Shown: piece after piece, positions 19,629-28,815 of the stretch
Layout of the letters: each line of letters begins with the position of its first letter
Position numbering within the stretch: position 1 is the first letter of the stretch
Origin: an uncultured Gemmatimonadales bacterium
GTDB lineage: Bacteria > Gemmatimonadota > Gemmatimonadetes > Longimicrobiales > RSA9
Length of the DNA: 64,000 nucleotides
Direction: 5' to 3'
NCBI GenBank assembly: GCA_963708135.1
Contig: OY970192.1
Span: forward strand, 1,088,001-1,152,000
Notes under the pieces: generated by a model
Told to the model about the DNA's origin: nothing
Database searches by the model: none
The model's input: the letters and a program-made list of their open reading frames with translations, nothing else
Made by a program: the position numbers and the translations under genes

Positions 19629-20471
19629 ATGGGCGTGATCCTCGGCTCGGTCGCGATCCTGGGCGGCGTGGGGGTGATCTTCGGGATCCTCATCGCGCTC
19701 GCCAACAAGAAGCTGCGCGTGTGGGAGGACCCGCGCGTGGACGGCGTGGCCGATCTGCTGCCCAACAACAACTGCGGTGCCTGCGGCTTCGCGGGCTGCC
19801 GCGCGTTCGCGGAGGCGGTGGTCCGCGGCGAGACGGCGCCGGCGCAGTGCACGGTCATGAACGACGACCAGCGCGGCGACGTGGCCGCCTACCTGGGCGT
19901 CGATGCGGGCCAGGCGACGAAGCGGGTCGCGCGGCTGCTGTGCGCGGGCGGCGACGACGTCGCCATCCGGAAGGCGGAGTACCGCGGCATCGAGAGCTGC
20001 GCCGCCGCGGTGGCGGTGACGGGCGGCGGCAAGGGGTGCGCCTGGGGGTGCGTCGGCTATGCCGACTGCGCCGTGGCGTGCGACTTCGACGCCATCCTCA
20101 TGAGCGACACCGGGCTGCCGGTGGTGGACGTCGAGAAGTGCACCGCCTGCGGCGACTGCGTCGATGCATGCCCGCTGGACCTCTTCACCATCCTGCCGCT
20201 GGACGCCCACCTGCTGGTGCAGTGCAGGAGCCTGCTGGAGGGCGAGGCGGCCACGGACGTGTGCAGCGTCGCGTGCAACGCGTGCGGCCGCTGCGCCGCG
20301 GACGCGCCCGGGCTGATCACGATGCGGCGCGGCCTGGCCGTGATCGACTACGACCGCATCGAGCTGCAGAGCAGAAAGGCCATAGGGCGCTGCCCGACCG
20401 GCGCCATCGCGTGGGTCGAGGGCGCGCAATTCACCATGCAGCTTCCCGCGTCAGGGAGCGGAGTGTCATGA
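19629..20471 (+). CDS. rnfB: Rnf electron transport complex subunit B
   Basis: N-terminal membrane anchor, LPNNNCGACGFAGC and several CxxCxxCxxxCP motifs. Confidence 0.9.
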   Translation: MGVILGSVAILGGVGVIFGILIALANKKLRVWEDPRVDGVADLLPNNNCGACGFAGCRAFAEAVVRGETAPAQCTVMNDDQRGDVAAYLGVDAGQATKRVARLLCAGGDDVAIRKAEYRGIESCAAAVAVTGGGKGCAWGCVGYADCAVACDFDAILMSDTGLPVVDVEKCTACGDCVDACPLDLFTILPLDAHLLVQCRSLLEGEAATDVCSVACNACGRCAADAPGLITMRRGLAVIDYDRIELQSRKAIGRCPTGAIAWVEGAQFTMQLPASGSGVS

Positions 20472-23400
20472 GCAGCCGCAAGCAGGCGGAGCCGGAGCGC
20501 CCCGGACCGAAGTACCCGGGGCAGCCGGAGGCGATGGACGGCAGCGCGGCCGTCGTCGAGATGGAGACCGCGGCCAGCGAGGCGGCGGGCGCCTACCCGA
20601 TCACACCCTCGACACAGATGGGCGAGGGCTGGGCGCTGGCCGTGGCGGGCGGCAAGACCAACGTGAACGGCCGCCGGCTGCTCTTCTTCGAGCCGGAGGG
20701 CGAGCACGCGGCGGCGGCGGTCACGGCCGGGATGAGCATGGTCGGGCTGCGGGCCACCAACTTCTCGAGCGGGCAGGGCATCGCCTACATGCACGAGTCG
20801 CTCTACGCGGCCGTCGGCAAGCGCCTGACCTACGTGCTGAACGTGGCCGCGCGCGCCATGACCAAGCACGCGCTCAACGTGCACGCCGGCCACGACGACT
20901 ACCACGCCGTGGACGACACCGGCTTCTTCCAGCTGTTCGCCAAGGACGTGCAGGAGGCGGCCGACCTGAACCTGATCGCGCACCGCGTGGCCGAGCTGGC
21001 GCTGAACCCGGGGCTCGTGGCGCAGGACGGCTTCCTCACCAGCCACGTGATCGAGTCGATCCGGCTGCCCGAGCGCGCGCTGATCAAGGAGTACCTGGGC
21101 GACCCCGCGGACATGGTGGAGTCCCCGACGCCCGCGCAGCGCCTGGTGTTCGGCGAGACGCGCCGGCGCATCCCGGAGATGTTCGATCTGGACTACCCGT
21201 CCATGATCGGCGTCGTGCAGAACCAGGACGCCTACGCGCAGGGCGTGGCCGCCCAGCGGCCCTTCTACTTCGACCACGTGGCCGAGCTCACCGACCGCGC
21301 CATGCGCGAGTACGCCGAGCTCACCGGCCGCACCTACGCCCGCGCCACCGGCTACCGCATGCAGGACGCCGAGTGGGTCATCTGCGGCCAGGGCTCCGTG
21401 GTGCCCAACGCCGAGGCCGTGGCCGACTGGCTGCGCGAGAACCGCGGCCTCAGGGTCGGCGTGCTCAACCTCACCATGTTCCGCCCGTTCCCGGCCGACC
21501 TGGTCACGCACCTGCTGCGTGGCAAGAAGGGCGTCACCGTCCTCGAGCGCGTGGACCAGCCGCTGGCCGTCGATCCGCCGCTGCTGCGCGAGATCCGCGC
21601 GGCCATGACGCAAGCGCTCGAGAACGGCCGCGCCGTCGCCGCGAACGGTAACCGCGCGGCGGGGCGAGCCACCACGAGCGGGCATTCCGGCATGGCGTTC
21701 GGATGGGGACGGGGCCGCGCCGAAGCGGCCACGAACGGCGACGCCGCCGCCCCACCGATGCCGTACCCGAAGCTCGCCGCCGCCCTTCCCGACGAGTTGC
21801 CGGACTTCTTCTCCGGCGGCTTCGGCTTCGGCAGCCGCGACCTGCAGCCAGGCGACATCGTTGCGGCCGTGGAGAACATGGTGCCGCAGGCGCAAGCGCA
21901 AGGGCAAGCGCAAGCGCAAGCGCACGCGCAAGCGCACGCGCGAGCGCACGCCCAAAACCAAAACCAAAACCAAAACCAAAACCCGGAGCGGCGCGGGGCC
22001 GGGCGGAGGCAGCGCCAGTTCTACCTCGGGATCGACTTCATCCGCAAGGGCACGAAGCTGCCCAAGCTGCAGCTGTGGCAGGAGCAGCTGCTGGAGGGCT
22101 ACCCGCACCTGGCGGAGCTGGCGCTCGAGTCGGCAGGCGACCTCAACCTGCACCCGGAGGGCTCCGTCTCGCTGCGCATCCACTCGGTGGGCGGCTGGGG
22201 CGCGATCACGACCGGGAAGAACCTGGCGCTCACGGCGTACGAGCTGGCCGGGCTCAACATCAAGGCCAACCCGAAGTACGGCTCGGAAAAGAAGGGACAG
22301 CCGACCACCTTCTACGCCACGCTCTCGCACCAGTCCCTCAGGATCAACGCGGAGCTGAAGCACGTCGATGTGGTACTGAGCCCGGACCCGAACGTGTTCC
22401 GCCACTCCAACCCGCTGGCGGGGCTGGCCGAGGGCGGCGTGTTCGTGATCCAGAGCGACCAGACGCCGGAGCAGGTGTGGGCGTCACTGCCGGCCACGGC
22501 GCAGGTGGACATCATCGAGAAGAAGCTGGCCGTCTACGCGCTGGACGGCTTCAGCATCGCGGGGGAGGAGGCCTCGGATCCCGAGCTCCGCTACCGCATG
22601 CAGGGCGCCGCCTTCATGGGCGCCTTCTTCGCCGCCTCGCCGCTGGCGGCGCGCGAGGGGCTGGACGAGGCCCGGCTGTTCGAGGGGATCGAGGCGCAGC
22701 TCGAGAAAAAGTTCGGCAAGCTGGGCAAGCGCGTGGTGGACGACAACCTGCGCGTGATCCGGCGCGGCTACGAGGAGATGCGGAAGGTGCCGGTCGGGGC
22801 GGTGAGCGACGAGGTGTCCTCCGCGCTGGCCACGGCGAACGTGCCGGCGCTCATGGACGTGATCGGCGCGGCCGAGGGGCCGGGCAACCCGGGCCGCTTC
22901 TGGGAGCAGGTCTGCTCGATCTACGCCAGCGGCGGCGACGGCATCGCGGACCCGTTCGCGGCGATCAGCGCGGTTCCGGCGGCCAGCAGCACGTTCCGCG
23001 ACATGACCAACATCCGCTTCGAGGTGCCCGAGTTCATCGCCTCGAAGTGCACGGGCTGCGCGCAGTGCTGGACGCAGTGCCCCGACGCGGCGATCCCGGG
23101 GCTGGTCAACACGCCGGAGGAGATCCTGGACGCGGCGATCCGGACGGCGCAGAACGGCCGCTCCTTCGACCGGTTGCGCCAGGTCTCGAAGCACATCGCG
23201 AAGGAAGCGAACAAGGTGATGCAGGGCGTGCCCTTCACCACCTTCGGCGACGTGCTCTCCGCCGCCTACCAGAACGTGGCCGGGAAGCTCGGCTGGGAGG
23301 CCGACCGGCGCGCCGAGCTGGACGAGGAGTTCGCCGCCGTGTTCCCGCGCATCGCCGAGCTGCCGCTGGCGAAGACGGCGCCGTTCTTCGACGTGCCGGA

Positions 23401-25816
23401 GTCGAAGCAGAAGGGCAGCGGCGGCGTCCTCTCCATCACGATCAACCCCGAGGCGTGCAAGGGCTGCAACATCTGCGTGGACGTCTGCCCCGAGAACGCG
23501 CTCATCACGGTCAGGCAGGACGAGGACATCGTCGCGAAGCTGCGCCGCAACTGGGAGCTGTGGCAGAACCTGCCCGACACGGACGAGCGCTACGTGAACG
23601 TCTCGAACCTCGAGGAGGGGATCGGCGTCCTGTCCTCGGTGCTCCTGCACAAGGACGCCTACCGCAGCATGGTGGGCGGCGACGGCGCCTGCATGGGCTG
23701 TGGCGAGAAGACCACGGTGCACCTGGTGGTCTCCGCCATCGAGGCGCTCATGCAGCCGCGCGTGAAGAGGCACGTGGAGAAGCTCGATGCGCTGATTGCC
23801 ACGCTGGACGCGAAGGGCCGCGCGCTGCTCTCGGCGGACGCGGACCTGGATCTCGCGGCGGCGGCGGCCGGCACGGTGGACGTGCCCGTGCCCGCGGAGA
23901 AGCGAGCCGAGCTACGCCGCCTGACGGACGCGATCCACGCGCTGCGGGACCTGCGCTGGCGCTACGTCGAGGGGCCGGGTGGGAAGGGGAGGGCCGCGCT
24001 CGGGATCAGCAACAGCACGGGCTGCTCCTCGGTGTGGGCGAGCACGTATCCGTTCAACCCGTACCCGTTTCCGTGGGTGAACCACCTGTTCCAGGACTCG
24101 CCCTCGATCGCCATCGGCATCTTCGAGGGGCACATGCGCAAGATGGCGGACGGCCTCGCCGCGGTGCGCCGCGCCGAGCTGCTCGCCGGGGACGCCTACG
24201 ACGCGGAGGTCCACGAGGCAGAGCTGCAGGCCTTCGACTGGCGCGCCTTCACCGACGAGGAGTTCAACCTCTGTCCGCCGATCCTGGCCGTGGGCGGCGA
24301 TGGCGCGATGCTCGACATCGGCTTCCAGAACCTGTCCCGCCTGCTCGCCTCCGGGAAGCCGGTGCGCGTGCTCGTGCTCGACACGCAGGTCTACTCCAAC
24401 ACGGGGGGACAGGCGTGCACCAGCGGCTTCACCGGCCAGGTGGCCGACATGGCCGCCTGGGGCAAGGTCCAGCACGGCAAGGAGGAGATCCGCAAGGAGC
24501 TCGCCCTCATCGCCATCGCGCACCGCGGCGCCTTCGTGCACCAGACCTCGCAGGCCAACCCGACGCACCTGCTGGCCGGCGTGATCAAGGGGCTGCACTC
24601 GCGCCGCCCCGCGGTCTTCAACATCTATACGCCCTGCCCGGTCGAGCACGGGCTGCCCGATGAGTGGGCGCCGCACGCGGCGCGCCTCGCGCTCGAGAGC
24701 CGCGCGTTCCCGCTGCTGACCTACGACCCCGATGCGGGCCGGGCCGTGGCCGACTGCCTCTCGCTCGAGGGCAACCCCTCGATCGACGAGACCTGGCCGA
24801 CCTACGAGCTGAGCTACGTCGATGCGGACGGCGCCGACAAGACGCTCGAGCTGCCCGTCACCATCGCGGACTGGGCCGCCACCGAGGGGCGCTTCAAGAA
24901 GCACTTCCGCAAGGTGGCCGAGGCCGACTGGAACGAGGACATGGTGCCGTTCCACGAGTTCGTCGCCCTCTCGCCGGAGGAGCGGGAAGGGAAGAGCAGC
25001 TACGTCCTCACCCTGGCTCCGGACCGGCGCCTCGAGCGGCTGTCCGTCTCCCGCGAGATGGTCACGCTGGCCGAGGACCGGCTGCTCTTCTGGGCCCAGC
25101 TCAAGGAGCTCGCCGGGCTCGAGGTGCCCGAGGTCGTGCGCGACCGGCTCACCTCCGAGATGGAGGACGAGTACGAGGGCAGGCTGGCCGCGCTCCGCGG
25201 CGAGTACGAGGCGCGCCTCGCGGAGCTCAAGGCGACGTATCCGCGCGTCATCGCGCGCCGCCTGGCCGAGGGCCTCGTGCGCGGCACGGCCGGCGGGCGC
25301 CAGACCGTGGCCGACCTGCTCAGGACCGCCGAGGAGACGCCCGGGCTCGAGCCGATCCGGTTCGACCCCGCGGCCGAGGCCGCGCTCGGCGGCGGCGCGG
25401 GCGCGGGCTCGACGTCGCCGGTGCCGGCGGCGGCCGCCACTGCCGCGGCGGCGGACGGCTCCGCTTCGGGCCCCGTCCCGGCCGCGTCGGGCGGCGCTGC
25501 GACTGCGGCTGCGGCGGTCTCCGCCTCGGGGGGTGGGGTGGCGGTGGCGGAGGAGGATGAGGGGCTCGCGATCGAGCCCTACATCGAGTCCGCCCGCTGC
25601 ACGACGTGCAACGAGTGCACGAACCTGAACAAGAAGATGTTCGCGTACAACGAGGAAAAGCAGGCGTACATCAGGGACCCGCGCGCCGGCAGCTTCGCGC
25701 AGCTGGTGCAGGCGGCGGAGCGGTGCCCGGCGGGGATCATCCACCCCGGCACGCCGCTCAACCCGAAGGAGAAGGGCCTCGAGAAGTGGATCGAGCGCGC
25801 CATCCCGTTCAACTGA
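20468..25816 (+). CDS. Large single-chain pyruvate:ferredoxin oxidoreductase-like protein (NifJ/PFOR family) with C-terminal ferredoxin domain
   Basis: YPITPS, EGEHAAA, GGWGAITT, CTGCAQCWTQCP, CKGCNICVDVCP, ACMGCGE, GGDGA and DTQVYSNTGGQ motifs; terminal CTTCNEC...CP. Confidence 0.9.
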   Translation: MSSRKQAEPERPGPKYPGQPEAMDGSAAVVEMETAASEAAGAYPITPSTQMGEGWALAVAGGKTNVNGRRLLFFEPEGEHAAAAVTAGMSMVGLRATNFSSGQGIAYMHESLYAAVGKRLTYVLNVAARAMTKHALNVHAGHDDYHAVDDTGFFQLFAKDVQEAADLNLIAHRVAELALNPGLVAQDGFLTSHVIESIRLPERALIKEYLGDPADMVESPTPAQRLVFGETRRRIPEMFDLDYPSMIGVVQNQDAYAQGVAAQRPFYFDHVAELTDRAMREYAELTGRTYARATGYRMQDAEWVICGQGSVVPNAEAVADWLRENRGLRVGVLNLTMFRPFPADLVTHLLRGKKGVTVLERVDQPLAVDPPLLREIRAAMTQALENGRAVAANGNRAAGRATTSGHSGMAFGWGRGRAEAATNGDAAAPPMPYPKLAAALPDELPDFFSGGFGFGSRDLQPGDIVAAVENMVPQAQAQGQAQAQAHAQAHARAHAQNQNQNQNQNPERRGAGRRQRQFYLGIDFIRKGTKLPKLQLWQEQLLEGYPHLAELALESAGDLNLHPEGSVSLRIHSVGGWGAITTGKNLALTAYELAGLNIKANPKYGSEKKGQPTTFYATLSHQSLRINAELKHVDVVLSPDPNVFRHSNPLAGLAEGGVFVIQSDQTPEQVWASLPATAQVDIIEKKLAVYALDGFSIAGEEASDPELRYRMQGAAFMGAFFAASPLAAREGLDEARLFEGIEAQLEKKFGKLGKRVVDDNLRVIRRGYEEMRKVPVGAVSDEVSSALATANVPALMDVIGAAEGPGNPGRFWEQVCSIYASGGDGIADPFAAISAVPAASSTFRDMTNIRFEVPEFIASKCTGCAQCWTQCPDAAIPGLVNTPEEILDAAIRTAQNGRSFDRLRQVSKHIAKEANKVMQGVPFTTFGDVLSAAYQNVAGKLGWEADRRAELDEEFAAVFPRIAELPLAKTAPFFDVPESKQKGSGGVLSITINPEACKGCNICVDVCPENALITVRQDEDIVAKLRRNWELWQNLPDTDERYVNVSNLEEGIGVLSSVLLHKDAYRSMVGGDGACMGCGEKTTVHLVVSAIEALMQPRVKRHVEKLDALIATLDAKGRALLSADADLDLAAAAAGTVDVPVPAEKRAELRRLTDAIHALRDLRWRYVEGPGGKGRAALGISNSTGCSSVWASTYPFNPYPFPWVNHLFQDSPSIAIGIFEGHMRKMADGLAAVRRAELLAGDAYDAEVHEAELQAFDWRAFTDEEFNLCPPILAVGGDGAMLDIGFQNLSRLLASGKPVRVLVLDTQVYSNTGGQACTSGFTGQVADMAAWGKVQHGKEEIRKELALIAIAHRGAFVHQTSQANPTHLLAGVIKGLHSRRPAVFNIYTPCPVEHGLPDEWAPHAARLALESRAFPLLTYDPDAGRAVADCLSLEGNPSIDETWPTYELSYVDADGADKTLELPVTIADWAATEGRFKKHFRKVAEADWNEDMVPFHEFVALSPEEREGKSSYVLTLAPDRRLERLSVSREMVTLAEDRLLFWAQLKELAGLEVPEVVRDRLTSEMEDEYEGRLAALRGEYEARLAELKATYPRVIARRLAEGLVRGTAGGRQTVADLLRTAEETPGLEPIRFDPAAEAALGGGAGAGSTSPVPAAAATAAAADGSASGPVPAASGGAATAAAAVSASGGGVAVAEEDEGLAIEPYIESARCTTCNECTNLNKKMFAYNEEKQAYIRDPRAGSFAQLVQAAERCPAGIIHPGTPLNPKEKGLEKWIERAIPFN
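21888..21983 (+). repeat. In-frame hexamer microsatellites (GCGCAA/GCGCAC, then CCAAAA x5) inside the PFOR-like gene
   Basis: Encodes QAQAQGQAQAQAHAQAHARAHAQNQNQNQNQN. Confidence 0.85.
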
Positions 25817-25826
25817 GCGGAGAGAG

Positions 25827-27284
25827 ATGAAGCTGACGTTCCGCCACGGGGTTCACCCCCCGGAATCGAAGGAGCTGACGGAGCACGTGCCGTTGCGGCG
25901 CCTGCCGTTCGCGGCGGAGCTCGTGCTCCCGCTCCGGCAGCACGCGGGAAAGCCGGCCGTCCCGCTCGTGAAGGTCGGGGACCACGTGCAGCGGGGCGAC
26001 CGGATCGCCGAGGCCGACGGCTTCGTCTCCTCGCCCGTGCACGCCTCGGCGGCCGGCGTGGTGAAGTCGATCGGCTGGTGGCCGCACCCGGACGGGACCA
26101 TGGCGGAGGCGATCCGGATCGCGGTGGACCGCTACTCGCCCCACATCCCGCGGCCGCGCATGGTGCCGCACTGGGAGGGGCTCTCGGCCGCGCAGGTGGT
26201 GAAGGCCGTGCAGGACGCGGGCGTGGTCGGCCTCGGCGGCGCCGCCTTCCCGACGCACGTCAAGCTCTCGCCGCCGAAGGACGCGAAGATCCACACCCTG
26301 ATCGTGAACGGCGCCGAGTGCGAGCCGTACCTGACCACGGACCACCGGACCATGGTCGAGTACCCGGAGCGCGTGCACTTCGGCGTGCGCATCATGATGA
26401 AGGCGCTCGGCGTCGCGCGAGCCGTAATCGGCGTCGAGATGAACAAGCCGGACGCCATCGAGCGGCTGCGCGCCACCCGGCCCGGGGACCTCGACGTCAC
26501 GATCCTGCCGCTCACGGTGAAATATCCGCAGGGCGCCGAGAAGATGCTGATCGAGGTGGTCACCGGGAAGCGGGTGCCGTCCGGCAGGCTGCCGCTGCAC
26601 GTGGGCGTGGTGGTGCAGAACGTCGGCTCGATCGCCACCATCGCGGAGGTCTTCGAGACCGGGCTGCCGCTGGTCGAGCGGATCGTCACCATATCGGGCC
26701 ATGGCGTGCGCCGCCCCTCCAATCTGATCGTGCCCGTCGGCACGAAGATCCGCGATGCGCTCGAGTTCTGCGGCGGGCTCAGGGAGGACGCGAGCGAGAT
26801 CGTGTTCGGCGGCCCGATGATGGGCACCTCGCAGCCGGACCTCGATACGCCGATCATCAAGGGCACCACCGGCGTGATCGTGCTCAGGCACGCCGACACG
26901 CCGCGCCGCGAGACGCTGCCCTGCATCCGCTGCGGCCGCTGCCTCGACGCCTGCCCCGTCTTCCTGAACCCCTCGCAGCTCGGGCTGCTCGCGCAGGCCG
27001 GCCGCTACGAGGACATGGAGGCGCTGCACCTGGCCGACTGCATGCTGTGCGGCTCCTGCTCCTACGTCTGCCCGTCGAGCATCCCGCTCAGCCAGATGTT
27101 CTCGCTGGGCAGGACGGCGCTGCGGAAGCTGAAGGCGGCGGAAGCCGCGAAGGCGAAGGCGGAGGCCGCGGCCCGCGGGGCGGCGGAGGGCGGCGTCGCC
27201 GCCAGCGGGCCCGGCGGCGCGGCGGCCGGTGCATCGGCCCCGGCCGGCGGCGCGGCCGCGCGGAAGGAGGCGGTGCCCGCATGA
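25827..27284 (+). CDS. rnfC: Rnf complex subunit C
   Basis: GLGGAAFPT, NGAECEPYLT, YPQGAEK, GGPMMG, CIRCGRCLDACP and CMLCGSCSYVCP motifs. Confidence 0.95.
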   Translation: MKLTFRHGVHPPESKELTEHVPLRRLPFAAELVLPLRQHAGKPAVPLVKVGDHVQRGDRIAEADGFVSSPVHASAAGVVKSIGWWPHPDGTMAEAIRIAVDRYSPHIPRPRMVPHWEGLSAAQVVKAVQDAGVVGLGGAAFPTHVKLSPPKDAKIHTLIVNGAECEPYLTTDHRTMVEYPERVHFGVRIMMKALGVARAVIGVEMNKPDAIERLRATRPGDLDVTILPLTVKYPQGAEKMLIEVVTGKRVPSGRLPLHVGVVVQNVGSIATIAEVFETGLPLVERIVTISGHGVRRPSNLIVPVGTKIRDALEFCGGLREDASEIVFGGPMMGTSQPDLDTPIIKGTTGVIVLRHADTPRRETLPCIRCGRCLDACPVFLNPSQLGLLAQAGRYEDMEALHLADCMLCGSCSYVCPSSIPLSQMFSLGRTALRKLKAAEAAKAKAEAAARGAAEGGVAASGPGGAAAGASAPAGGAAARKEAVPA

Positions 27285-27310
27285 GACACCCTGTGTCAAC
27301 CCCCCTGTGT

Positions 27311-28558
27311 TCAAGCAGCCGCCGCGGTGGGTTCCGCGGGGGTGAAGAAGGGGATAGCCCGTCCGTGTCGGGAGGGGTCGTAGGTGGACCGATTGTGCCA
27401 GCAGCGCCACAGCACGCGGACCCAGGCTCGGGCGAGGATTCGGATTGCGTGCGGGTGATCGCAGCCGCGGGCACGGGCGCACTTGTAGACGGCGGCGGCC
27501 CAGGGGTGGGCATGGCGGGAGTTGTCCGCCCAGGTGGTGAGGGCTTGTCGCAGGCGCTTGTTGCAGGCGAAGCGGCAGGCGACGCCGCGATGCTTGCCGG
27601 AGCTGTGCGTAACGGGGGCGACGCCGGCTTCGGCGGCGAGCTGGGCGTCGGTGGCGAAGCGGAGCCGGTCGTCGCCGAGCTCGGCGAGAATCTGGGCGGC
27701 ATTGATGGTGCCGGTGCGGGGGAAGGACTTCAGGATCTCACCGTCGGGATGCTGCGCGAGGTGAGCGGCGATGAGCCCGTCGAGCTCGCGGATCTGAGCC
27801 ACGAGAGGGCGGAGGACGGCGACCAGGGAACGGACGAGCTGACCTTTGGTCTCGCTCTCGAGCTCGGCGGCCTGCCCTGCGGGGGCGGAGCGGAGCCGCT
27901 CGAGGAGCTGATCGACCGGCCGGCGGCCGCAGTAGGCAGTGCGCTTGAGGAATCGTTCGAGGCGCTTGGGCCCGAGGCGGGCGGCGCTCTCCGGGGTGGG
28001 GTAGGCGTCCAGGAAATCGAGGGCGATCGGGCTATCGACATCGGCGAAAATGGCGGCAGCGCCGGCCCAGAAGCTGTCGAGCAGGCTGCGGAGCTGATTG
28101 GCGAGCTGGACGCGGGTCGCGACCAGGTCATCGCGGGTGCGAACGGCGGCGCGAAGCGCCTTGGTGCGATCGGAGGGGACCCGGAGCGGCCGGAATCGAT
28201 GCCCATCGGTACGCAGGACGTCGGCGAGGATGTAGGCATCACCGGGATCGCTCTTCCCCGGAGCCGCGGCGTAGCGGGGCCGGGTGGCCTTGAGGGCGTT
28301 CGGGTGGATCGGAACGACCGGGAAGCCGGCCTCGACCAACGTATCCACCAGAAGTCCGGACGGCCGCTCGATGGCGATGGGCAGCTGCGCCGGAGAGCTG
28401 ACGCGACGCAGGCGCCGGATCAGCTCACTCAGCCCACCGGCCGTGTGAGGGATGGTGAACGCGTCAACGAGGGCGCCGCTCAGATCGAGCACACAGACGT
28501 CATGCTTGTCGCTGGCCCAGTCAATTCCGACGAGGTAGCTTGGATCCAGTCCTTCCAC
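27311..28558 (-). CDS. IS110 family transposase/recombinase
   Basis: VGIDWA, AIERP and KSDPGDA (DEDD residues), GVAPVTHSSGK (catalytic Ser region), NKRLR; GGAGG RBS. Confidence 0.95.
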   Translation of the reverse strand: MEGLDPSYLVGIDWASDKHDVCVLDLSGALVDAFTIPHTAGGLSELIRRLRRVSSPAQLPIAIERPSGLLVDTLVEAGFPVVPIHPNALKATRPRYAAAPGKSDPGDAYILADVLRTDGHRFRPLRVPSDRTKALRAAVRTRDDLVATRVQLANQLRSLLDSFWAGAAAIFADVDSPIALDFLDAYPTPESAARLGPKRLERFLKRTAYCGRRPVDQLLERLRSAPAGQAAELESETKGQLVRSLVAVLRPLVAQIRELDGLIAAHLAQHPDGEILKSFPRTGTINAAQILAELGDDRLRFATDAQLAAEAGVAPVTHSSGKHRGVACRFACNKRLRQALTTWADNSRHAHPWAAAVYKCARARGCDHPHAIRILARAWVRVLWRCWHNRSTYDPSRHGRAIPFFTPAEPTAAAA

Positions 28559-28594
28559 GCCTCACCTCCGAGCAGAGATTCACTCCCTCGCTCC

Positions 28595-28800
28595 GGCGTT
28601 GGAAGGTCTCACCGATCGCTCACTGAAAGGCGCTCTCGGCTTCAGGTGCCGTGGCGCTACACCCTGTGGTCGGTTGGGGCCTTCCACGCCGGGCAGGGGA
28701 GCGGGTCTCATGCGGGCCGTCGAGCGGCAAGCGACGCTGGCTCTCCCTACCCGGACGCCGAAGCACTTCTCTTGAGCGGCGCGAATCTACGCCCCGCTGA
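28595..28800 (-). ncRNA. Predicted IS110 bridge RNA (5' hairpin, target-binding loop, donor-binding loop)
   Basis: Stems 28775-28799, 28689-28754 and 28595-28690; loop segments match the element's own target flank and ends (see findings). Transcript ends are approximate. Confidence 0.8.
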
Positions 28801-28815
28801 GGGTAAGGTGCACCA

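Noticed and set aside
19721..20467. N-terminal extension making the PFOR-like protein 2031 aa
   Set aside because: It overlaps rnfB in another frame; the real start is the ATG at 20468, overlapping the rnfB stop.
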